DNA of 64,000 nt, from assembly GCF_009914755.1 (NCBI RefSeq), contig NC_060933.1, one strand, 5' to 3'. The stretch comes from the human T2T-CHM13v2.0 reference genome, Homo sapiens. The notes below the pieces were generated by a model. That model was given only the letters and a program-made list of their open reading frames with translations, did not search any database and was not told the origin of the DNA. Both the position numbers and the translations under genes were made by a program. The first letter of the stretch is position 1; the number at the start of each line of letters is the position of its first letter. This document shows, in pieces, positions 1 through 11,740 of the stretch.

Positions 1-410
1 TTCTATTCCATTCCATTGCAATCGTGTTGAATCCATTGCATTTCATTCCATTCCATTCCATTCCATTCCATTCCGCAAAATTCCATTCCATTGCATTCCA
101 TTCCATTCCATTCCCCTGCACTCGCGTTGATTCCATTCCATTCCATTCCATTCCATTCCGTTCCGTTCCTTTCCATTCCATTCCTTTCCAATCCATTCCA
201 TTCCATTCCATTCCGTTCCATTCCATTCCATTCCATTCTATTCGGGTTAATTCCATTCCATTCCATTCTATTGCAATCGTGTTGATTCCAATCCGTTCCA
301 TTCCATTCCATTCCATTCCATTCCATTCCATTCCTTTCAATTCCATTACGGATGATTCCATTCAATTGCAATGCATTCCATTCCATTCCCCTGTACTCGG
401 GTTGATTCCA
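1..410 (+). repeat. Partial third copy of the 4.46-kb duplication unit (matches about 5380-5785 and 9860-10270)
   Basis: Shares the private variants CCGCAAAATT (73, 5451, 9931) and TTCAATTGCAATGC (361, about 5734, about 10219). It diverges after about 410. Confidence 0.85.
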
Positions 411-684
411 TTCCATTCCATTCCATTCCATTCCATTCCATTCCATTCCATTCCATTCCAATTCTTTGCATTCCTTTCTATTCCGTACCATTCCATTCCA
501 TTCTATACAATTCCATTCCATTCCATTCCACTCCGTTCCGTTCCGTTCCGTTCCGTTCCATTCCATTCCATTCTATTCGGTTTAATTCCATTCCATTCCA
601 TTCTATTCCATTCCATTGCAATCGAGTTGAATCCATTGCATTCCATTCCATTCCATTCCATTCCATTCCATTCCATTCCATTCA

Positions 685-699
685 ATTCCGGAAGATTCC
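685..699. promoter_or_regulatory. Canonical heat-shock element ATTCCGGAAGATTCC (first of about 40 intact copies, last at about 62026)
   Basis: aTTCc gGAAg aTTCc is an exact match to the nTTCn-nGAAn-nTTCn HSF trimer consensus. Other copies start near 2505, 4052, 6626, 8502, 11101, 12583, 17203, 19575, 22032, 25126, 27731, 33654, 36299, 43796, 49309, 55604, 55734, 60634. The motif match is direct; function is inferred. Confidence 0.6.
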
Positions 700-2347
700 A
701 TTCCATTGCATTCCATTCCATTCCATTCCATTCCATTCCATTCCATTCCATTGTACTCGGGTTGATTCCATTCCATTCCATTCCATTCCATTCCATTCCA
801 TTCCGATCCATTCCATTCCATTACATTCCGATTGATTCTTTTCATCTCCCTTACTCTCCATTACATTCCATTCCATTCGGGTTGTTCCTTTCAATTCCAT
901 TCCATTCCATTCCACTGCATTCCATTGCACTCGTGTTGATTGCATTCCATTCCATTCCATTCCATTCCGGATGATTCCATTCCATTGCATTTCGTTCCAT
1001 TACATTCCCCTGCACTCGGGTTGATTCCATTCCATTCCATTCCATTCCATTCGATTCTATTCCATTCCCCTGCACTCGCGTTGATTCCATTCCATTCCAT
1101 TCCATTCCATTCCATTCCATTCCATTCCATTCCATTCCTTTCCATTCCAGTCCTTTCCATTCCATTCCACTCGGGTTGATTCCATTCTATTAGTTTCCAT
1201 TCCATTCCATTCCCTTCCATTCCACTCTGGTTGATTCCATTCCTTTCCATTCCACTCGAATACATTCCCTCCTATTCCACTCGGAACGATTCCATTCTAT
1301 TCCATTCCATTCCATTCCATTCCATTCCCCTGTACTCTGGTTGATTCCATTCCATTCCATTCCACTCCATTCGGTTCCGTTGCATTCCATTCTATTGCAT
1401 TCCATTCTATTCGGGTTAATTCCATTCCATTCTATTCCATTCCATTCCATTCCATTCCATTGCAATGGAGTTGATTCCATTCCATTCCATTCCATTCCGG
1501 ATGATTCCATTCCATTGCATTCCATTCCATTCCATTCCCCTGCACTCGTGTTGATTCCATTCCCTTCCATTCCATTCCATTCCGTTCCATTCCATGCCAT
1601 TCCATTCTATTCCGGTTAATTCCATTCCATTCCATTCCATTCCATTCCATTCCATTGCAATCGAGTTGATTCCATTCCATTCCTTTCCATTCCATTCCAT
1701 TGCCTTGCATTCCACTCGGGTTGATTCCATTCCCTTCTTTCCACTCCATTACATTCCCTTCCATGATTGATTCCATTCCATTCCATTCCATTTCATTCCA
1801 TTGCAATCCATTCCAATCCATTCCATTCCATTCCATTCCTCTCCATTCCATTGCACTTCGGGTTGATTCCATTCCATTCCATTCCATTCCATTCCATTAC
1901 ATTACATTACATTACATTCCGTTCCATTGTACTCGGGTTGATTCCATTCCATTGCATTCCATTCCATTCCATTCCATTCCATTCCATTCCATTCCATTCC
2001 GTTCCATTCCATTACATTCGGATTGATTCTATTCAACTCCATTACTCTCCATTACATTCCATTCCATTCGGGTTGTTCCATTCCATTCCATTCCATTCCA
2101 CTCCATTCCATTGCACTCGGGTTGATTCCATTCCATTCCATTCCATTCCATTCCATTCCATTCCATTCCATTCCGGATGATTCCATTCCATTGCATTCCG
2201 TTCCATTACATACCCCTGCACTCGGGTTGATTCCATTCCATTCCATTCCATTCCATTCGATTCCATTCCATTCCAATTCTTTCCATTCCATTCTATTCCG
2301 TACCATTCCATTCCATTCCATACAATTCCATTCCATTCCATTCCACT

Positions 2348-2377
2348 CCGTTCCGTTCCGTTCCGTTCCGTTCCGTT
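2348..2377 (+). repeat. (CCGTT)6 variant-pentamer micro-array (similar runs at 533, 19718, 29077)
   Basis: Six consecutive CCGTT units read directly. Confidence 0.9.
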
Positions 2378-2784
2378 CCATTCCATTCCATTCCATTCTA
2401 TTCGGTTTAATTCCATTCCATTCCATTCCATTCCATTCTATTCCATTCCATTGCAATCGAGTTGAATCCACTGCATTCCGTTCCATTCCATTCCATTCCA
2501 TTCCATTCCGGAAGATTCCATTCCATTGCATTCCATTCCATTCCATTCCATTCCATTCCATTCCATTGTACTCTGGTTGATTCCATTCCATTGCATTCCA
2601 TTCCATTCCATTCCATTCCATTCCATTCCATTCCATTCCGTTCCATTCCATTCCATTACATTCGGATTGATTCTTTTCAACTCCCTTACTCTCCATTACA
2701 TTCCATTCCATTCGGGTTGTTCCATTCCATTCCATTCCATTCCACTCCATTCCATTTCACTCGGGTTGATTCCATTCCATTCCA

Positions 2785-5700
2785 TTTCATTCCATTCCGG
2801 ATGATTCCATTCCATTGCATTCCGTTCCATTACATTCCCCTGCACTCGGGTTGATTCCATTCCATTCCATTCCATTCCATTCCATTCGATTCCATTCCAT
2901 TCCCCTGCACTCGCGTTGATTCCATTCCATTCCATTCCATTCCATTCCATTCCATTATATTCCATTCCTTTCCGTTCCATTCCATTCTATTCCATTCCAT
3001 TCCGTTCCGTTCCATTCCATTCCATTCCATTCTATTCGGGTTAATTCCATTCCATTCCATTCGGTTGCAATCGAGTTGATTCCATTCCATTCCATTGCAT
3101 TCCATTCCATTCCATTCCATTCCTTTCCATTCCATTACGGATGATTCCATTCCATTGCATTCCATTCCATTCCATTCCCCTGTACTCGGGTTGATTCCAT
3201 TCCTTTCCATTCCAATCCATGCCATTCCACTCGTGTTGATTCCATTCTTTCCTTTCCATTCAAGTTGAATCCATTCCATTGCATTCCATTCCATTCGATT
3301 CCATTCGATTGCACTCGGGTTGATTCCATTCCATTGCATTCCATTCCATTCCATTCCATTCCATTCCATTCCATTCCATTCCGTTCCATTCCATTTCATT
3401 ACATTCAGATTGATTCTATTCAATTCCCTTACACTCCATTATATTCCAATCCATTCTGGTTGTTTCCATTCCATTCCATTCCATTTCACTCCATTCAATT
3501 GCTCTCGGGTTGATTCCATTCCATTCCATTCCATTCCATTCCATTCCATTCCATTCCGGATGATTCCATTCCATTGCATTCCATTCCATTCCATTCCCCT
3601 GCACTCGGGTTGATTCCATTCCATTCCATTACATTACATTCCGTTCCATTACATTCCATTCCATTCGGATTGATTCTATTCAATTCCCTTACACTTCATT
3701 ACATTCCATTCCATTTGGGTAGTTTCCATTCCATTCCATTCCATTCCTCTCTATTCCATTGCACACGGGTTGATTCCATTCCATTCCATTCCATTCCATT
3801 CCATTCCATTCCATTCCATTCCATTGCTTTCCATTCCATTCCATTCCATTGTACTCGGGTTGATTCCATTCCATTGCATTCCATTCCATTCCATTCCATT
3901 CCGTTCCATTCCATTCCATTACATTCGGATTGATTCTATTCAACTCCCTTACTCTCCATTGCATTCGATTCCATTCGGGTTGTTCCATTCCATTCCATTC
4001 CATTCCACTCCATTCCATTGCACTCGGGTTTATTCCATTCCATTCCATTCCATTCCGGAAGATTCCATTCCATTGCATTCCATTACATTCCATTCCCCTG
4101 CACTCGCGTTGATTCCATTCCATTCCATTCCATTCCAATCCATTCCATTCCATTCCATTCCATTCCATTCCTTTCCGTTCCATTCCATTCCATTCCATTC
4201 CATTCCATTCCATTCCGTTCCGTTCCGTTCCATTCCATTCCATTCAATTCTATTCGGGTTAATTCCATTCCTTTCCATTCGATTGCAATCGAGTTGATTC
4301 CGTTCCATTCCATTCCATTCCATTCCATTCCATTCCTTTCCATTCCATTACGGATGATTCCATTCCATTGCATTCCATTCCATTCCCCTGTACTCGGGTT
4401 GATTCCATTCCATTCCATTCCAATCCATGCCATTCCACTCGTGTTGATTCCATTCTTTCCATTCCATTCAAGTTGAATCCATTCCATTGCATTCCATTCC
4501 ATTCAATTCCATTCGATTGCACTCGGGTTGATTCCATTCCATTGCATTCCATTCCATTCCATTTCATTCCATTCCATTCCTTTCCATTCCATTCCATTCC
4601 ATTCCATTGCAATCGAGTTGATTCCATTCCATTCCTTTCCATTCCATTCCATTGCCTTGCATTCCACTCGGGTTGATTCCATTCCCTTCTTTCCACTCCA
4701 TTACATTCCCTTCCATTCCACTCGGAATGATTGATTCCATTCCATTCCATTCCATTTCATTCCATTGCAATCCATTCCAATCCACTCCATTCCATTCCAT
4801 TCCACTCGAGTTGATTTCATTCCATTCCTTTCCATTCCATTCCATTCCTTTCCACTCGAGTTGATTCCATTCCATTCCATTCCATTGCATTCCATTCCAT
4901 GCCATTCCACTCGGGTTGATTCCATTCCTTTGCATTCCATTCCATTCCATTCCATTCCATTCCATTCCATTCCATTCCGTTGCATTCCATTCCATTAGAT
5001 TCGGATTGATTCTTTTCAAATCCCTTACTCTCCATTATATTCCATTCCATTCTGGTTGTTCCATTCCATTCCATTCCATTCCACTCCATTCCATTGCACT
5101 CGGGTTGATTCCATTCCATTCCATTCCATTCCATTCCATTCCATTCCATTCCGGATGATTCCATTCCATTGCATTCCATTCCATTACATTCCCCTGCACT
5201 CGCGTTGATTCCATTCCATTCCACTCCATTCCATTCCATTCAATTCCATTCCATTACAATTCGTTCCATTCCATTCTATTCCGTACCATTCCACTCCATT
5301 TCATACCATTCCATTCCGTTCCATTCCATTCCATTCCATTCTATTCGGGTTAATTCCATTCCATTCCATTCCATTCCATTCTATTCCATTCCATTGCAAT
5401 CGTGTTGAATCCATTGCATTTCATTCCATTCCATTCCATTCCATTCCATTCCGCAAAATTCCATTCCATTGCATTCCATTCCATTCCATTCCCCTGCACT
5501 CGCGTTGATTCCATTCCATTCCATTCCATTCCATTCCGTTCCGTTCCTTTCCATTCCATTCCTTTCCATTCCATTCCATTCCATTCCATTCCGTTCCATT
5601 CCATTCCATTCCATTCTATTCGGGTTAATTCCATTCCATTCCATTCTATTGCAATCGTGTTGATTCCAATCCGTTCCATTCCATTCCATTCCATTCCATT

Positions 5701-8700
5701 CCATTCCTTTCCATTCCATTACGGATGATTCCATTCAATTGCAATGCATTCCATTCCATTCCCCTGTACTCGGGTTGATTCCATTCCATTGCATTCCAAT
5801 CCATGCCCTTCCACTCGTGTTGATTCCATTCTTTCCATTCCATTCAAGTTGAATCCATTCCATTGCATTCCATTCCATTCGATTCCATTCGATTGCACTC
5901 GGGTTGATTCCATTCCATTGCATTCCATTCCATTCCATTCCATTCCATTCCATTCCATTCCATTCCGTTCCATTCCATTCCATTACATTCGGATTGATTC
6001 TATTCAATTCCCTTACACTCCATTACATTCCATTCCATTCGGGTAGTTTCCATTCCATTCCATTCCATTCCTCTCCATTCCATTGCACTCGGGTTGATTC
6101 CATTCCATTGCATTCCATTCCATTCCATTCAATTCCATTCCGTTCAATTCCATTCCATTACATTCGGATTGATTCTATTCAACTCCCTTACTCTCCGTTA
6201 CATTCCATTCCATTCGGGTTGTTCCATTCCATTCCATTCGATTCCACTCCATTCCATTGCACTCGGGTTGATTCCATTCCATTCCATTCCATTCCGGATG
6301 ATTCCATTCCATTGCATTCCGTTCCATTACATTCCCCTGCACTCGCGTTGATTCCATTCCATTCCATTCCATTCCATTCCATTCAATTCCATTCCATTAC
6401 AATTCGTTCCATTCCATTCTATTCCGTACCATTCCATTCCATTCCATACCATTCCATTCCATTCCATTCCATTCCATTCCGTTCCATTCCGTTCCATTCC
6501 ATTCCATTCCATTCTATTCGGGTTAATTCCATTCCATTCCATTCCATTCCATTCCATTCCATTCTATTCCATTCCATTGCAATCGAGTTGAATCCATTGC
6601 ATTTCATTCCATTCCATTCCATTCCATTCCGGAAGATTCCATTCCATTGCATTCCATTCCATTCCATTCCCCTGCACTCGCGTTGATTCCATTCCATTCC
6701 ATTCCATTACATTCCGTTCCGTTCCGTTCCATTCCATTCCATTCCATTCCATTCCTTTCCATTCCGTTCCGTTCCATTCCATTCCATTCCATTCTATTCG
6801 GGTTAATTCCATTCCATTCCACTCCATTCGATTGCAATCGAGTTGACTCCATTCCATTCCATTCCATTCCATTCCATTCCATTCCATTCCTTTCCATTCC
6901 ATTACGGATGATTCCATTCCATTGCATTCCATTCCATTCCATTCCCCTGTACTCGGGTTGATTCCATTCCATCCATTCCAATCCATGCCATTCCACTCGT
7001 GTTGATTCCATTCTTTCCATTCCATTCAAGTTGAATCCATTCCATTGTATTCCATTCCATTCGATTCCATTCGATTGCACTCGGGTTGATTCCATTGCAT
7101 TTCATTACATTCAGATTGATTCTATTCAATTCCGTTACAATCCATTATATTCCAATCCATTCTGGTTGTTTCCATTCCATTCCATTCCATTTCACTCCAT
7201 TCCATTGCATTCGGGTTGATTCCATTCCATTCCATTCCATTGCATTCCATTTCATTCCATTCCGGATGATTCCATTCCATTGCATTCCGTTCCATTACAT
7301 TCCCCTGCACTCGGGTTGATTCCTTTCCATTCCATTCCATTCCATTCCATTCGATTCCATTCCATTCCCCTGCACTCGCGTTGATTCCATTCCATTCCAT
7401 TCCATTCCATTCCATTCTATTCCATTCCTTTCCGTTCCATTCCATTCTATTCCATTCCATTCCGTTCCGTTCCATTCCATTCCATTCCATTCTATTCGGG
7501 TTAATTCCATTCCATTCCATTCGATTGCAATCGAGTTGATTCCATTCCATTCCATTCCATTCCATTCCATTCCATTCCATTCCTTTCCATTCCATTACGG
7601 ATGATTCCATTCCATTGCATTCCATTCCATTCCATTCCCCTGTACTCGGGTTGATTCCATTCCTTTCCATTACAATCCATGCCATTCCACTCGTGTTGAT
7701 TCCATTCTTTCCTTTCCATTCAAGTTGAATCCATTCCATTGCATTCCATTCCATTCGATTGCATTCGATTGCACTCGGGTTGATTCCATTCCATTGCATT
7801 CCATTCCATTCCATTCCATTCCATTCCATTCCCTTCCATTCCATTTCATTACATTCAGATTGATTCTATTCAATTCCCTTACACTCCATTATATTCCAAT
7901 CCATTCTGGTTGTTTCCATTCCATTCCATTCCATTTCACTCCATTCAATTGCACTCGGGTTGATTCCATTCCATTCCATTCCATTCCATTCCATTCCATT
8001 CCATTCCATTCCGGATGATTCCATTCCATTGCATTCCATTCCATTCCATTCCCCTGCACTCGGGTTGATTCCATTCCATTCCATTAAATTACATTCCGTT
8101 CCATTACATTCCATTCCATTCGGATTGATTCTATTCAATTCCCTTACACTTCATTACATTCCATTCCATTTGGGTAGTTTCCATTCCATTCCATTCCATT
8201 CCTCTCTATTCCATTGCACTCGGGTTGATTCCATTCCATTCCATTCCATTCCATTCCATTCCATTCCATTCCATTCCTTTCCATTCCATTCCATTCCATT
8301 GTACTCGGGTTGATTCCATTCCATTGCATTCCATTCCATTCCATTCCATTCCGTTCCATTCCATTCCATTACATTCGGATTGATTCTGTTCAACTCCCTT
8401 ACTCTCCATTGCATTCGATTCCATTCGGGTTGTTCCATTCCATTCCATTCCATTCCACTCCATTCCATTGCACTCGGGTTTATTCCATTCCATTCCATTC
8501 CATTCCGGAAGATTCCATTCCATTGCATTCCATTACATTCCATTCCCCTGCACTCGCGTTGATTCCATTCCATTGCATTCCATTCCAATCCAATCCATTC
8601 CATTCCATTCCATTCCATTCCATTCCATTCCATTCCATTCCTTTCCGTTCCATTCCATTCCATTCCATTCCATTCCATTCCATTCCGTTCCGTTCCGTTC

Positions 8701-11700
8701 CATTCCATTCCATTCAATTCTATTCGGGTTAATTCCATTCCATTCCATTCGATTGCAATCGAGTTGATTCCGTTCCATTCCATTCCATTCCATTCCATTC
8801 CATTCCTTTCCATTCCATTACGGATGATTCCATTCCATTGCATTCCATTCCATTCCCCTGTACTCGGGTTGATTCCATTCCATTCCATTCCAATCCATGC
8901 CATTCCACTCGTGTTGATTCCATTCTTTCCATTCCATTCAAGTTGAATCCATTCCATTGCATTCCATTCCATTCAATTCCATTCGATTGCACTCGGGTTG
9001 ATTCCATTCCATTGCATTCCATTCCATTCCATTTCATTTCATTCCATTCCATTCCTTTCCATTCCATTCCTTTCCATTCCATTCCATTCCATTGCAATCG
9101 AGTTGATTCCATTCCATTCCTTTCCATTCCATTCCATTGCCTTGCATTCCACTCGGGTTGATTCCATTCCCTTCTTTCCACTCCATTACATTCCCTTCCA
9201 TTCCACTCGGAATGATTGATTCCATTCCATTCCATTCCATTTCATTCCATTGCAATCCATTCCAATCCATTCCATTCCATTCCATTCCACTCGAGTTGAT
9301 TTCATTCCATTCCTTTCCATTCCATTCCATTCCTTTCCACTCGAGTTGATTCCATTCCATTCCATTCCATTGCATTCCATTCCATGCCATTCCACTCGGG
9401 TTGATTCCATTCCTTTGCATTCCATTCCATTCCATTCCATTCCATTCCATTCCATTCCATTCCGTTGCATTCCATTCCATTACATTCGGATTGATTCTAT
9501 TCAAATCCCTTACTCTCCATTATATTCCATTCCATTCTGGTTGTTCCATTCCATTCCATTCCATTCCACTCCATTCCATTGCACTCGGGTTGATTCCATT
9601 CCATTCCATTCCATTCCATTCCATTCCATTCCATTCCGGATGATTCCATTCCATTGCATTCCATTCCATTACATTCCCCTGCACTCACGTTGATTCCATT
9701 CCATTCCACTCCATTCCATTCAATTCCATTCCATTACAATTCGTTCCATTCCATTCTATTCCGTACCATTCCATTCCATTTCATACCATTCCATTCCGTT
9801 CCATTCCATTCCATTCCATTCTATTCGGGTTAATTCCATTCCATTCCATTCCATTCCATTCTATTCCATTCCATTGCAATCGTGTTGAATCCATTGCATT
9901 TCATTCCATTCCATTCCATTCCATTCCATTCCGCAAAATTCCATTCCATTGCATTCCATTCCATTCCATTCCCCTGCACTCGCGTTGATTCCATTCCATT
10001 CCATTCCATTCCATTCCGTTCCGTTCCTTTCCATTCCATTCCTTTCCATTCCATTCCATTCCATTCCATTCCGTTCCATTCCATTCCATTCTATTCGGGT
10101 TAATTCCATTCCATTCCATTCTATTGCAATCGTGTTGATTCCAATCCCTTCCATTCCATTCCATTCCATTCCATTCCATTCCATTCCATTCCTTTCCATT
10201 CCATTACGGATGATTCCATTCAATTGCAATGCATTCCATTCCATTCCCCTGTACTCGGGTTGATTCCATTCCATTGCATTCCAATCCATGCCCTTCCACT
10301 CGTGTTCATTCCATTCTTTCCATTCCATTCAAGTTGAATCCATTCCATTGCATTCCATTCCATTCGATTCCATTCGATTGCACTCGGGTTGACTCCATTC
10401 CATTGCATTCCATTCCATTCCATTCCATTCCATTCCATTCCATTCCGTTCCATTCCATTCCATTACATTCGGATTGATTCTATTCAATTCCCTTACACTC
10501 CATTACATTCCATTCCATTCGGGTAGTTTCCATTCCATTCCATTCCATTCCTCTCCATTCCATTGCACTCGGGTTGATTCCATTCCATTGCATTCCATTC
10601 CATTCCATTCAATTCCATTCCGTTCAATTCCATTCCATTACATTCGGATTGATTCTATTCAACTCCCTTACTCTCCGTTACATTCCATTCCATTCGGGTT
10701 GTTCCATTCCATTCCATTCGATTCCACTCCATTCCATTGCACTCGGGTTGATTCCATTCCATTCCATTCCATTCCGGATGATTCCATTCCATTGCATTCC
10801 GTTCCATTACATTCCCCTGCACTCGCGTTGATTCCATTCCATTCCATTCCATTCCATTCAATTCCATTCCATTACAATTCGTTCCATTCCATTCTATTCC
10901 GTACCATTCCATTCCATTCCATACCATTCCATTCCATTCCATTCCATTCCATTCCGTTCCATTCCGTTCCATTCCATTCCATTCCATTCTATTCGGGTTA
11001 ATTCCATTCCATTCCATTCCATTCCATTCCATTCCATTCTATTCCATTCCATTGCAATCGAGTTGAATCCATTGCATTTCATTCCATTCCATTCCATTCC
11101 ATTCCGGAAGATTCCATTCCATTGCATTCCATTCCATTCCATTCCCCTGCACTCGCGTTGATTCCATTCCATTCCATTCCATTACATTCCGTTCCGTTCC
11201 GTTCCATTCCATTCCATTCCATTCCATTCCGTTCCGTTCCATTCCATTCCATTCCATTCTATTCGGGTTAATTCCATTCCATTCCACTCCATTCGATTGC
11301 AATCGAGTTGATTCCATTCCATTCCATTCCATTCCATTCCATTCCTTTCCATTCCATTACGGATGATTCCATTCCATTGCATTCCATTCCATTCCATTCC
11401 CCTGTACTCGGGTTGATTCCATTCCATCCATTCCAATCCATGCCATTCCACTCGTGTTGATTCCATTCTTTCCATTCCATTCAAGTTGAATCCATTCCAT
11501 TGCATTCCATTCCATTCGATTCCATTCGATTGCACTCTGGTTGATTCCATTGCATTTCATTACATTCAGATTGATTCTATTCAATTCCGTTACACTCCAT
11601 TATATTCCAATCCATTCTGGTTGTTTCCATTCCATTCCATTCCATTTCACTCCATTCCATTGCATTCGGGTTGATTCCATTCCATTCCATTCCATTGCAT

Positions 11701-11740
11701 TCCATTCCATTCCATTCCGGATGATTCCATTCCATTGCAT
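2785..11740 (+). repeat. Direct tandem duplication, unit about 4.46 kb (copy A about 2785-7250, copy B about 7250-11740)
   Basis: Rare markers recur colinearly at 4455-4485 bp offsets: TTCTTTCCTTTCCATTCAAG 3245/7705, ACACTTCATT 3691/8146, TGCCTTGC 4653/9138, CCGCAAAATT 5451/9931, CCATCCATTCCAATCC about 6969/11424. Confidence 0.9.
4279..4292. repeat. Perfect 14-bp palindrome TCGATTGCAATCGA (first of about 30 copies)
   Basis: It is its own reverse complement. Further copies start near 6828, 7521, 8749, 11293, 13129, 14021, 19802, 21510, 25327, 33886, 44028, 51857, 63091. Confidence 0.9.

Noticed and set aside
4029-4066. HSE plus TATA-box promoter reading of HSE...GGAATAAACC on the - strand
   Set aside because: GAATAAAC is a poor match to TATAWAAR and the spacing varies with pentamer count. 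Kept only as a poly(A)-signal hypothesis.
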